This document shows, in pieces, positions 1 to 7,958 of a DNA stretch of 40,212 bases; positions within the stretch are counted from its first letter, which is position 1; every line of letters starts with the position of its first letter. Made by a program: the position numbers and the translations under genes. The notes under the pieces are model-generated. The model made no database searches. It worked only from the letters and a program-made list of their open reading frames with translations, and had not been told where the DNA came from. This stretch comes from a virus. Its lineage: Duplodnaviria; Heunggongvirae; Uroviricota; Caudoviricetes. The stretch lies in the IMG/VR virus record IMGVR_UViG_2541047498_000018; one strand, written 5' to 3'.

Positions 1-1
1 T

Positions 2-376
2 ATTGAAGGGGCTTACGAGGTGGTGGGCGTTTTTGACCGGATAGAGGAGAAGCGTGATGCCATGCAGTCGCTGGTCCTGCCGCAACCGGCACGCCAGGCG
101 CTGGCACAGGCGGCACTGACTTACCGTTATGGTGACGAACATCAGCCCGTCACCACCGCCGACATTCTGACGCCGCGACGCCGGGAGGATTACGGTAAGG
201 ACCTGTGGAGCGCATATCAGACCATCCAGGAGAATATGCTGAAAGGCGGGATTTCCGGTCGCAGTGCAAAAGGAAAACGTATCCATACCCGGGCCATTCA
301 CAGCATTGATACCGACATTAAGCTCAATCGCGCATTGTGGGTGATGGCAGAAACGATGCTGGAGAGCCTGCGCTGA
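2..376 (+). CDS. Partial CDS (3' end) of a flanking genomic-island gene; hypothetical protein, possibly DUF932-like
   Basis: Reading frame is open from the window start to the stop at 374-376 (track ORF 20..376 is its in-window part). It sits outside the prophage end, on the same strand as the antirestriction gene on the other flank. Confidence 0.5.
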   Translation: MEGAYEVVGVFDRIEEKRDAMQSLVLPQPARQALAQAALTYRYGDEHQPVTTADILTPRRREDYGKDLWSAYQTIQENMLKGGISGRSAKGKRIHTRAIHSIDTDIKLNRALWVMAETMLESLR

Positions 377-490
377 TGCCGTTTCCCTGAGTGAGGGAAT
401 CATTCAGCTTTCGTTCCCGAAAAACACACATTTATTTGTTATTTAAGGAGTTATCTCATGAAAACCGTTTCTCAGAATATATAGCGCGGC

Positions 491-562
491 GATTTTTTTG
501 ATACCGATTTGCATTTCATTTGATACCGCTGAAAAACGCCGATACGCAACTTATTTGATACT
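491..562. repeat. Right-end (attR-side) transposase-binding repeat array, three closely spaced TTTGATAC(C/T) sites
   Basis: TTGATACC at 498-505, TCATTTGATACC at 516-527, TTATTTGATACT at 551-562. The same motif occurs inverted at the other prophage end. Tight clustering resembles Mu R1-R3. Confidence 0.6.
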
Positions 563-607
563 AAATCGGCGCTTTTCTTTTGAGTTTTAGAATGAGTTTT
601 TAAGCGC

Positions 608-1345
608 TCATTCACTCTCTTTCAAACCAGTTTTAACTGTTTGTGGTTTTGGGTAAGGCTGGACTTTGAATAGCTTTGTGTTGAGGCGTTTTCTGGCCCT
701 CTTGTTCAGAAACCGGATGTAACGAAACTGTCGGAACTTATGAACACTGGCTCTGTCAATATTAGCCCTCAGATGTTCACCTCGTTGTCCGCCTCGTTTA
801 ATGGCATTCCTGCAAATCTCGTGATACCACTCGCCATCAAGTTCATAGAATATTGATTCATGGCTGCCTACATAATCAAAATTGCTTGCCTGATACACGA
901 CACCAAGACAGCCACAACGCTCATCTGCAAACGACTGAACCCACTGTACCTGCGGATAAAGCTGCCTGATTAGCTTGAGCGCGTAACTGATTGCCCTTGA
1001 TTCGGAGTTTCTCGGCATACAGTCATGCAGCCATAGCCGGTTAAGCTCCATATATTCTCGGTTCTGCGTACCCGTTACGACGCGTGCACCACTGTTTGGG
1101 TTAAGGGCGTAACCCCATTGCATTACGCCAACAAGTTCCCGTTCTGAAAATATGCCCAGATGAAGGTAGGAGTTATTTACGAAACGGTGGCTGTAATGTT
1201 TATTGACGATGACCAGTCTGGCCAGCCAGCAACTTATTGTCTCAACCCGCAACTCACGGGAGCCATAACCAACGATATTGTCGTTATAGCGAATAAGTTC
1301 AGGCGTGCTGATGATTCGGGATGTGACTTGCTTTCTGTTCCCCAC
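608..1345 (-). CDS. mom: DNA modification protein Mom (adenine modification, antirestriction)
   Basis: 245-aa ORF as the last gene before the prophage end. Its 5' end overlaps the 3' end of the upstream Com-like zinc-finger gene, as in Mu. True start may be an internal codon. Confidence 0.8.
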   Translation of the reverse strand: MGNRKQVTSRIISTPELIRYNDNIVGYGSRELRVETISCWLARLVIVNKHYSHRFVNNSYLHLGIFSERELVGVMQWGYALNPNSGARVVTGTQNREYMELNRLWLHDCMPRNSESRAISYALKLIRQLYPQVQWVQSFADERCGCLGVVYQASNFDYVGSHESIFYELDGEWYHEICRNAIKRGGQRGEHLRANIDRASVHKFRQFRYIRFLNKRARKRLNTKLFKVQPYPKPQTVKTGLKESE

Positions 1346-1499
1346 GACAGGATTTCCTTGTGTATGTGGGGTGCTCTGTGGCGCTCGGAGATGTGATTTG
1401 ATTGAGGGTTTTACAGCGCGGACATTTTACTTCCAGATAACTGAAACTGGCCCGTGCCAGTAGCTTATTGCAGTGTCGGCACCGTATGTTTCGATACAT
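1299..1499 (-). CDS. com: Com, zinc-finger translational activator of mom
   Basis: Translation [14 protein letters not shown]...EVKCPRCK has the C4 zinc-finger pattern of Mu Com. ATG at 1499 is preceded by AGGAGG 9 nt upstream on the minus strand. The track ORF starts further upstream at a TTG at 1544. Confidence 0.85.
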   Translation of the reverse strand: MYRNIRCRHCNKLLARASFSYLEVKCPRCKTLNQITSPSATEHPTYTRKSCRGEQKASHIPNHQHA

Positions 1500-1546
1500 G
1501 ACCGCATAACCTCCTGCTTTGTTGTTGATGCCTTTCTCATGCAATC

Positions 1547-1685
1547 GATCGACAAAAACGATCGATTCGATTTGTTTAATTGATACAACAAATAGATTGA
1601 AAAGTCATCAACAATGATTCAGGGAGGTGATTATTTACTTAAAGAAAACGAAGAGTTAGGTGGTGAAAACGATCATAAAATGATC
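1547..1685 (-). promoter_or_regulatory. Upstream regulatory region of com-mom with a cluster of four GATC (Dam) sites
   Basis: GATC at 1547-1550, 1560-1563, 1671-1674 and 1682-1685, within about 190 bp upstream of com. Mu Pmom is known to be controlled by Dam methylation of upstream GATC sites (OxyR binding) and by C protein. Confidence 0.5.
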
Positions 1686-1771
1686 ATTTTATTGACTTTT
1701 TATACAGTGAAGGTAGGATCACGCGTATATGTAGTATGTTTCAAATCAACAGGATACTACATAAAAGTGAA

Positions 1772-1799
1772 ACCCAGCATAGCTGGAACTATGCTGGGT
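1772..1799 (-). terminator. Candidate rho-independent terminator for minus-strand transcription leaving the cargo module
   Basis: Perfect 11-bp inverted repeat ACCCAGCATAG / CTATGCTGGGT with a 6-nt loop. On the minus strand it is followed by TTCACTTTTAT. Confidence 0.4.
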
Positions 1800-2116
1800 C
1801 AATCTGTAAAAACTTGCATCAATGCTTTACTTCGAGCTCGTGGCGTATCCTATGATATTCCCCGGTCTCCTGTAAAGCAGAGATGCATAAAAAGGAGATC
1901 TTTATCATGGATGAAAGAGCCTGTTTGCCCTGCCTGTAAGACTCCCTTACAGCTCATCTATCGCCGTTCTCGATCTCAAAATGGCAAGACATACAAACCC
2001 AAAAATGCTTCCTGTTTCAGGATGCTGATATGTCCTGCCTGTTCTCCCAGGAGGGAAAATACACAAAACGTGCATTAACAAACTCACCCGGCAGGGAAAC
2101 CTGCCGGTCGGTATTG

Positions 2117-2362
2117 TTACATCATAGTACCGTCAGTTCCGGGCTGAACCGGCTCTGGTTGCTCTACGGGTTGAGGATCATTTTCCGTGCTGTTTTCAGC
2201 CGGAGAACGGCCAACCATTCGGGCCAGCACTTCATCAACATATGCGTCGATTTGTGCCTCAAAATCCTTGCGAACCTGCGCCTTCAGCACGCGGTTCACT
2301 TCTTCAGAATAAAGTGCCTGTTTGACAAGCTCTTCAGTAACCGTGCCTTTAATCTCTGGCAT
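2117..2362 (-). CDS. Hypothetical protein (81 aa, acidic, Pro/Glu-rich C-terminus), cargo module
   Basis: ORF co-oriented with and downstream of the esterase gene. No family recognised. Confidence 0.4.
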   Translation of the reverse strand: MPEIKGTVTEELVKQALYSEEVNRVLKAQVRKDFEAQIDAYVDEVLARMVGRSPAENSTENDPQPVEQPEPVQPGTDGTMM

Positions 2363-2397
2363 GAATATTCTCCTTTTGCAGGTATATTGCCCCGTTA

Positions 2398-2580
2398 TCA
2401 GAGCGGGGTCGGGTCGTTTGGGGATGACGGTGCCTGTGCTGTTTTACTGAGTTTTTCAGCTGCCGCATCATCAATTTTACGGCGAATATAATTTCTGATG
2501 ACCTTATAACCACCGCTCACCAGATATAACGCACTGACCACAGCGCAGAAATAAAGCAGCATTGTATGAACGAATGTCAT
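2398..2580 (-). CDS. Hypothetical small membrane protein (60 aa), cargo module
   Basis: N-terminal hydrophobic segment LLYFCAVVSALYLVSGGY followed by a basic stretch. Co-oriented within the cargo module. Confidence 0.4.
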   Translation of the reverse strand: MTFVHTMLLYFCAVVSALYLVSGGYKVIRNYIRRKIDDAAAEKLSKTAQAPSSPNDPTPL

Positions 2581-2726
2581 ATAACCTTACCTTTGATATT
2601 GACTACATAATTCGTTATCGGGTAAAAACATCGAAGCGACTGATAACCACTCCTTCGGGAGTATTTTTATTTTCCTTTATGGGTTAGGTAGCTCCCGCCA
2701 GCCATATCATGACCGGCGGGATTTTT

Positions 2727-4766
2727 TTATTCTGTTACCGCTTTTTTCACTTCCACCACAATGCTGTCAATCAGCACCGGGTAAGTTGCATTTTTTGTGA
2801 TATCCGTTACGCGGAGTTTGTCCACCGGGAAAGTTCCTACTGGTGACTGCGTCAGGGTAAACGCGGCACCATCCTGACCATCAATAACCGGAATAACCTG
2901 AAGGCTGTTATTTCCTGCAAAACGGAAGGCCAGCGTATGCCATTCATTATCAAATGCACCAAAGGTTCCCAGTTTCTGGTTATTTGTTGCCACTTTTGCA
3001 TTGTGGTACATCACATTCAGGTCTTTTGCGTCTGTCTGGATGTAGAACGATGCCAGCAGATTATTCCCTGCATCCCCTGTCAGGGTGACACCCTGCGGCA
3101 GAGAGGAAACCGGCCAGTAAAGCCCCATGACATACTGGTTTGCCACCAGGTCGCCAGGTACTTTAAAACGACAACTGATTAAACCACCATTTTTCAGCAG
3201 TTCAGCACCAGTACCGGCATCATGATCCAGATACCAAGATGATTTACCTGTTTCCTTGGTCAGTTTCATTGCCTTACCACCTGTGCCTCCTGCATCACTG
3301 ATAATTTCAGCTTTACCGCCAGCCGGCTCCCAGCCCTGGGCTTTCAGATTTCCTTCTGACTCACTGACACGATAAGACAGCAGTGTTGTGGTTACTGCTT
3401 CAGTTTCTGAAGGTGACGGCACTGGTGCTTCAGTTTCAGAAGATGGAACATCGGCTTTTACTGTGGTTCGCCCCGCATGAGTCAGAACTGCCGTGGCCAG
3501 ACGGTCGGAAATAATCCCACGACGTGCCCATGAACTGAAATGGCTGGCCCGGTCCGCAGATGTCCAGGTGGCGGCACTGTTACGCCACGTTGAGCCGTAA
3601 TAACCAATGGATTCAATATCCGGGTCTTCTGCCGGATTGTTGGTGGGTACATTCGCGTCATTTTCATCTGTCATTAATGGAACGAAATGAATGTTTTTAT
3701 CTGTTTTGTTTTTGTAGCCGCCATAGATTGCCTGGTATGCCGGTTCATTTTTCTGTTTCCAGAAATACGTGGTATCGCCACAAATCCACGGAACGCCAGC
3801 AGCACTGCCACCGGTACACTGTTCCGCCTGTTCAGCCAGGTCTGCGCGGAATTTTTCCACCATCGCCAGAAACAGCGCGGAATGCTCCGTCGGCTTCGCA
3901 TCAATATCAAACTCGCCCTGCATCCACACCACAGCAAGCAGGCGGTTTTTCGGGTTCTTCGCCAGTGCCGCTTTTGTCCGGCTGATTAAGTCCTTATACA
4001 GCGGCTTATCCACACCCCAGCGGGCTGAGTCCTCTGAAGCACCCGTGCTGTCACTGTACGTGCCGTCAGCACCCGCCGTGAATGCAGAACCACCACGGCA
4101 GCAGGGAACCAGCAGAATCCCCGCATCTGCCGGAATAAACGGCAGCAGTTTTTTGGCAATGTGAAGCCCCTGACCCACGGTGCCATATTGCCCTTTAGCC
4201 ACATCCGCTTTCGGGTGATTTTTTCCACTCATATCCTGCACATCATGCAGACAGTGGTCGGCCAGAATGATGTCGTTATACTGACAGGCTTTACCTCCCG
4301 GCGTGACTGTACTGCGACGGGCTAACTGCATAATACGCGGTTCGGGGCGGTCATATGTCTCCGGCAGTGGCAGACCTTCACCGTAAGCCATACCGTTTGA
4401 CTGACCAGCAAGAACCACCACGTAATACCAGGAAGGGGAGCTGGAAGCAGTTTCATTTCCTGACGGACGGGTATGTGTTTCAGCATTATCCCAGTCTGAC
4501 GGTTCAGCAGTACCGGCAACATCAGCACTTAACGGAATGACCGCACCAATACCCGCTCCGGTAATTTCCACACTCGGATCACCGGATACTGGCCTTACCC
4601 ACAGGCAATCCCGTGTATTAAAACTGATGAGACAGTCAGCAAATGTCATTCCTCCTTTTGTTTCGGCCGGAGGAAAGGGAGCCTCAAGAAATGCCGCTGT
4701 ACCACCGGAAACTTTAACAGTAAAGTTTCCGGGCATTGATGATAGTTGAACCCATTTGGACGTCAT
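2727..4766 (-). CDS. SASA/SGNH-family carbohydrate O-acetylesterase (NanS-p-like sialate O-acetylesterase) with C-terminal lectin-like domain
   Basis: 679-aa ORF with VVVLAGQSNGMAYGEG (the GQSN nucleophile motif of SASA esterases), a Ser/Thr/Pro/Glu-rich linker (SETEAPVPSPSETEA) and a roughly 250-aa C-terminal domain. This three-part layout matches prophage NanS-p esterases as recalled. Confidence 0.75.
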   Translation of the reverse strand: MTSKWVQLSSMPGNFTVKVSGGTAAFLEAPFPPAETKGGMTFADCLISFNTRDCLWVRPVSGDPSVEITGAGIGAVIPLSADVAGTAEPSDWDNAETHTRPSGNETASSSPSWYYVVVLAGQSNGMAYGEGLPLPETYDRPEPRIMQLARRSTVTPGGKACQYNDIILADHCLHDVQDMSGKNHPKADVAKGQYGTVGQGLHIAKKLLPFIPADAGILLVPCCRGGSAFTAGADGTYSDSTGASEDSARWGVDKPLYKDLISRTKAALAKNPKNRLLAVVWMQGEFDIDAKPTEHSALFLAMVEKFRADLAEQAEQCTGGSAAGVPWICGDTTYFWKQKNEPAYQAIYGGYKNKTDKNIHFVPLMTDENDANVPTNNPAEDPDIESIGYYGSTWRNSAATWTSADRASHFSSWARRGIISDRLATAVLTHAGRTTVKADVPSSETEAPVPSPSETEAVTTTLLSYRVSESEGNLKAQGWEPAGGKAEIISDAGGTGGKAMKLTKETGKSSWYLDHDAGTGAELLKNGGLISCRFKVPGDLVANQYVMGLYWPVSSLPQGVTLTGDAGNNLLASFYIQTDAKDLNVMYHNAKVATNNQKLGTFGAFDNEWHTLAFRFAGNNSLQVIPVIDGQDGAAFTLTQSPVGTFPVDKLRVTDITKNATYPVLIDSIVVEVKKAVTE

Positions 4767-4865
4767 AATAATCAGCCTGTTCCTGAATAAACTGAATTAT
4801 CATATCCACAGACCGATAAACGCCATTTTGCGTTAATTCAGTAAAGGCCCAACAAAGGGAGCGTC

Positions 4866-5426
4866 TTATTTTTCCGAAACGCTCGCAGGATAATAACGAT
4901 AAAGGGTTGAAAGGCCGATATCAAAAATAAGTGCCACCTGTCTTCGACTGACACCCCCGGCCAGTAAACGCCCGACCTGCTCGTATTGTTCCTGCGTGAG
5001 ACGACGGGGTCTGCCGCCGGTTCGTCCCCTTTCACGGGCAGCTGCAAGACCAGCCCGTGTCCGTTCGACAATTAATTCACGCTCCATTTCTGCCAGCGCA
5101 CCCATTATGTGAAAAAAGAAGCGCCCCATGGGGGTTGACGTATCAATGTTGTCAGTAAGACTACGAAAATTTATCCCCTGTTGCTGTAATTCATCTGTCA
5201 GCGCAACAAGGTGGCGCATACTGCGCCCCAGCCTGTCCAGTTTCCAGACCATCAGTGTGTCACCGGGTTTTAGTTTCTTCAGTGCCCGCTTCAGTCCCGG
5301 CCGCTGTGTCGTTTTACCACTCATTTTATCTTCAAAAATCTGCTCACATCCTGCACATTCCAGCGCATTTCTTTGTAAACCTGTGTTCTGGTCATTTGTT
5401 GATACGCGTATATAGCCAATCAGCAT
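4866..5426 (-). CDS. gin: Gin serine DNA invertase (Hin/Gin/Cin/Pin resolvase-invertase family)
   Basis: 186 aa starting MLIGYIRVSTNDQ (catalytic Ser) with the conserved DRLGRS and GRFFFH...ALAEMERE motifs and a C-terminal HTH. It lies next to a gix-like site and the invertible segment. Confidence 0.95.
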   Translation of the reverse strand: MLIGYIRVSTNDQNTGLQRNALECAGCEQIFEDKMSGKTTQRPGLKRALKKLKPGDTLMVWKLDRLGRSMRHLVALTDELQQQGINFRSLTDNIDTSTPMGRFFFHIMGALAEMERELIVERTRAGLAAARERGRTGGRPRRLTQEQYEQVGRLLAGGVSRRQVALIFDIGLSTLYRYYPASVSEK

Positions 5427-5480
5427 GTATTTACCTTCCTTAAAAAGAGGTGGAAAGGCCTTTTAAAGCAGATATACGGC

Positions 5481-5506
5481 ATCCCTGAAACCTCGGTTTA
5501 CGGGAT
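5481..5506. other. gix-like recombination site (left border of invertible segment)
   Basis: 26-bp imperfect palindrome ATCCCTGAAACC-TC-GGTTTACGGGAT, 55 bp upstream of the gin start. It resembles the Mu gix/hix family sequence as recalled. Confidence 0.7.
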
Positions 5507-5851
5507 ACTGTAAACAGGGCCGCGAATGCCCTGCCATCGAACGGAGCGGCTGTTGCAGCGAATAAACTCGCCACTCCAAGAAATATTAATGGTGTCCCAT
5601 TTGACGGAACGCAGGATATAAATATTACATCGGGGATGACGCAGTCTGTGGCTGACTCACGTTATGTTCAAAGCATTCGAAGAGGTTCAAGGTCAACGAT
5701 TGGAATGCAATATAATATTTTTGAGGTTCCTGACGGATGCGTACTTACAGGGCTTGATGTCGCTGGTGATGGTAATGCAACGGTAACCGCATATTATCGA
5801 CCTGTTCAGTTTCTGATAGATGGTTCGTGGAAAACAGCTTCCAGCGCATAA
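5501..5851 (+). CDS. Start-less alternative tail-fibre variable C-terminal cassette (S'v-like), expressed only after inversion
   Basis: Open frame directly inside the left gix site on the plus strand. It is homologous to the C-terminal part of S and has no start codon of its own upstream (TGA at 5486 in frame). Confidence 0.7.
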   Translation, partial: RDTVNRAANALPSNGAAVAANKLATPRNINGVPFDGTQDINITSGMTQSVADSRYVQSIRRGSRSTIGMQYNIFEVPDGCVLTGLDVAGDGNATVTAYYRPVQFLIDGSWKTASSA

Positions 5852-5930
5852 AAGTGCAGTAGTTCAAAAAACAGATTATCTGAATAAATATATGATGATT
5901 TTGTCTTTTCAACAAAAACAAGGTGAAATA

Positions 5931-6452
5931 ATGGAGCTTATTAACGTAAAACGATATTACCCGGAACACAAACCCTATGGTGAGGATGTTCAGTATTTCC
6001 AGAGTGAGGACGGAAGGGATTTTTATGAATCTATCCCGCTTTTCACAAAGAAATACAAACTCTGTATTTCGCCTGTAACGGGTATTATCTGCTCTGTTGC
6101 TGAAGATGTCTCTGCTTTATATCCGGCAGGTTTTACTGTTGTTGAAGTGGACGAACTGCCGGAAGGTGTGAATATTGACGGTAACTGGCAGTTTTCTGAT
6201 GGCCTGATATCAAAGGTGCCGGTAAACTGGAAGACGGTTGCTGAAAAGCGCCGCTCATCGCTGCTCCAGGAAGCCAACGAAACTGTGGATGACTGGAAAA
6301 CGGAATTAAAACTGGACATGATTAGCGATGAAAATAAATTACAGCTGACGCGCTGGATGGCGTATATCCGACAGCTTAAAGAAATGCACTTTAATGATAT
6401 TGCCAGTGAGGGGCATTACCAGGCGATTCCCTGGCCGGAAAAACCGGAATAA
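5931..6452 (+). CDS. Tail fibre assembly protein (U'/Tfa family)
   Basis: ATG at 5931 preceded by AAGGTGA. Contains SEDGRDFY near the N-terminus and a W.AY...L...I.WPE.P C-terminus typical of Tfa/U proteins. Co-oriented with the S'v cassette. Confidence 0.8.
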   Translation: MELINVKRYYPEHKPYGEDVQYFQSEDGRDFYESIPLFTKKYKLCISPVTGIICSVAEDVSALYPAGFTVVEVDELPEGVNIDGNWQFSDGLISKVPVNWKTVAEKRRSSLLQEANETVDDWKTELKLDMISDENKLQLTRWMAYIRQLKEMHFNDIASEGHYQAIPWPEKPE

Positions 6453-6486
6453 TTCAGAGGGTGCATTCAGCACCCTTTTCTGTGGT

Positions 6487-7398
6487 TTACACTGAACTTA
6501 CCGTTCTCCAGGCATTATTAATATAAATCTGAACCGGGCGATAATAGACCCCACCGATATTGTCCGCAGACCGGGAGCCGGTTTCCTGCACGTTAATTCC
6601 GGAAAGCATACAACCGGAAGGTGCGCTGTAATTCCATGACATTTCATTGCCTCCGGGTGAATGATAGCTCTGTGCTCCAAGCTGAACATTCTGTACATAC
6701 CGGCCATCTGCGGTTGACTGCGTCATTCCTGACGTGATGTTGATATCCAGCGTTCCGTCAAAAGGAACACCATTAATATTTCTTGGGGTGGCGAGTCTGT
6801 TTGCTGCCACGGCGGTTCCACCCGATGGCAGGGCATCAGCAGCCTTATTTACCGTTTCCCGTAAACCAACGTTATCGATAAAAGCGCCTTTATCCGGAAT
6901 GTCTGCGCCGTTCTGCTCCCTGCGCAGGTAACGGTTATCACCTTCGCTTTTGCTGTAAACATCCAGATTATTACGGGCGGTTCCCGCATTCTCCAGGTCG
7001 GCAAGGTTCTGATCCTTCGCCAGAGCATTAACGTCACCGGGACCAAGACTGTTTTTTGTGGCAAGCGCCCCAAGACCAAGATAACCACGGGCAAGACGCT
7101 GGGCTTCCGCACCGGCATCAGCAATTTCTTTCAGGTTGTTTTTCCGGGAAAAGGCATTCGCAGCGATAATGGCTTTAATGGACAGCGTAAGCTGGTTTAA
7201 CTGCGCCTTATCCGGCTGAATACTGGCTTCAGCCAGAATATTCAGCAGTTCGGCCTGGAGAATATTCAGCCAGTCCTGACCAATCCAGCTGATACCTTTT
7301 TGTCCGTCACCTTCGGTAAACCAGGTGGTGGTATTACTCTGCGCCGGTGCCAGCGCAGGCATATTCGCCACGCCGGAATTATTATCAACATGAAACAT
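6487..7398 (-). CDS. S: Tail fibre protein S (constant N-terminal part plus currently fused variable C-terminal part Sv)
   Basis: Likely start is the ATG at 7398 (MFHVDNN...), which overlaps the stop of the upstream gene as TAATG. The gene crosses the right gix site, and its C-terminal roughly 125 aa lie inside the invertible segment. Confidence 0.8.
   Translation of the reverse strand: MFHVDNNSGVANMPALAPAQSNTTTWFTEGDGQKGISWIGQDWLNILQAELLNILAEASIQPDKAQLNQLTLSIKAIIAANAFSRKNNLKEIADAGAEAQRLARGYLGLGALATKNSLGPGDVNALAKDQNLADLENAGTARNNLDVYSKSEGDNRYLRREQNGADIPDKGAFIDNVGLRETVNKAADALPSGGTAVAANRLATPRNINGVPFDGTLDINITSGMTQSTADGRYVQNVQLGAQSYHSPGGNEMSWNYSAPSGCMLSGINVQETGSRSADNIGGVYYRPVQIYINNAWRTVSSV
6856..6881. 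other. gix-like recombination site (right border of invertible segment, inside S)
   Basis: TTCCCGTAAACCAACGTTATCGATAA, about 21 of 26 positions matching the Mu gix sequence as recalled, in inverted orientation to the left site. It encodes IDNVGLRE within S. Confidence 0.65.
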
Positions 7399-7958
7399 TA
7401 AATAGTCTCCTCTTCGTGACTGTTTGCATATACGTAAATAAACGTCTGCCATGCAGGCTTATAACGGTTCAGAATACATTCCAGCGCACCGCCTTCATAA
7501 ATACGCAGCGGCGTGAGAATATCATCCAGCACATTCATATTCCGGTAGCCGGTTTCACTGTTAATCGTGACAATACTGACCCACTGTGAATCCGGTGATG
7601 GCTGAATATCTATTTCATAACCAAACTCTGCCGCAAACCGGATATAAAATTCACGGTTAAGAGAGGGTTTCATCCGGTATTTATTCCCGGCATAACGCTG
7701 ACGCTCCTGAATGGTTGCGCCGGTCATATCACATTCCGGTAACCCCAGATAACGCTCCCAGTCTTCCAGCAGCAGACGGGATGAATCAGGAAAACGTTCT
7801 GCCAGCATCTGGTTACCGGTCCAGGAAACACGCTCCGTGGAATGACTGAGGCCCAGGCACAAAGCCGCAAGAACGGATGACGGCCGCTTATCCCATGCCA
7901 GCCCGTCAGGCAGCAACTGCAACAGGGCACGCTGATGCGGGGTCAGGGTTACAGCCAT
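7398..7958 (-). CDS. Baseplate/tail protein (Mu gp48-like, DUF2313 family)
   Basis: 186-aa ORF immediately upstream of S and downstream of the baseplate J-like gene, at the Mu gp48 position and size. Confidence 0.6.
   Translation of the reverse strand: MAVTLTPHQRALLQLLPDGLAWDKRPSSVLAALCLGLSHSTERVSWTGNQMLAERFPDSSRLLLEDWERYLGLPECDMTGATIQERQRYAGNKYRMKPSLNREFYIRFAAEFGYEIDIQPSPDSQWVSIVTINSETGYRNMNVLDDILTPLRIYEGGALECILNRYKPAWQTFIYVYANSHEEETI

Larger units (their letters stand above)
5481..6881. mobile_element. Gin-invertible G-like segment (about 1.4 kb) carrying two alternative tail-fibre C-termini and one tail-fibre assembly gene
   Basis: Bounded by two inverted gix-like sites. Just inside each site the DNA encodes the same peptide block on opposite strands (RETVNKAADALPSGGTAVAANRLATPRNINGVPFDGTLDINITSGMTQST on the minus strand, RDTVNRAANALPSNGAAVAANKLATPRNINGVPFDGTQDINITSGMTQSV on the plus strand), then the two sequences diverge. 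Confidence 0.75.

Noticed and set aside
538-580. Inverted repeat CGCCGAT ... ATCGGCG followed by a T-rich tract, as a possible plus-strand terminator
   Set aside because: The loop is about 20 nt and the sequence coincides with the terminal transposase-binding repeats, so it is better explained as part of the prophage end.
1614-2078. 154-aa plus-strand ORF in the region between the cargo module and com
   Set aside because: No convincing ribosome-binding site, low-complexity translation, and it spans the hairpin and the GATC-rich regulatory DNA. More likely non-coding regulatory sequence than a gene.
6023-6319. 98-aa minus-strand ORF antisense to the tail-fibre assembly gene, considered as a possible second assembly gene (U) for the Sv tip
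   Set aside because: Ser/Thr-rich low-complexity translation with no Tfa-family motifs, entirely antisense to a well-supported gene. Likely a shadow ORF.
7398-7452. Upstream extension of the S ORF (track start at 7452)
   Set aside because: It would overlap the upstream gene by 54 nt. The ATG at 7398 gives a stop-start overlap (TAATG) typical of coupled phage genes, so the shorter form was annotated.
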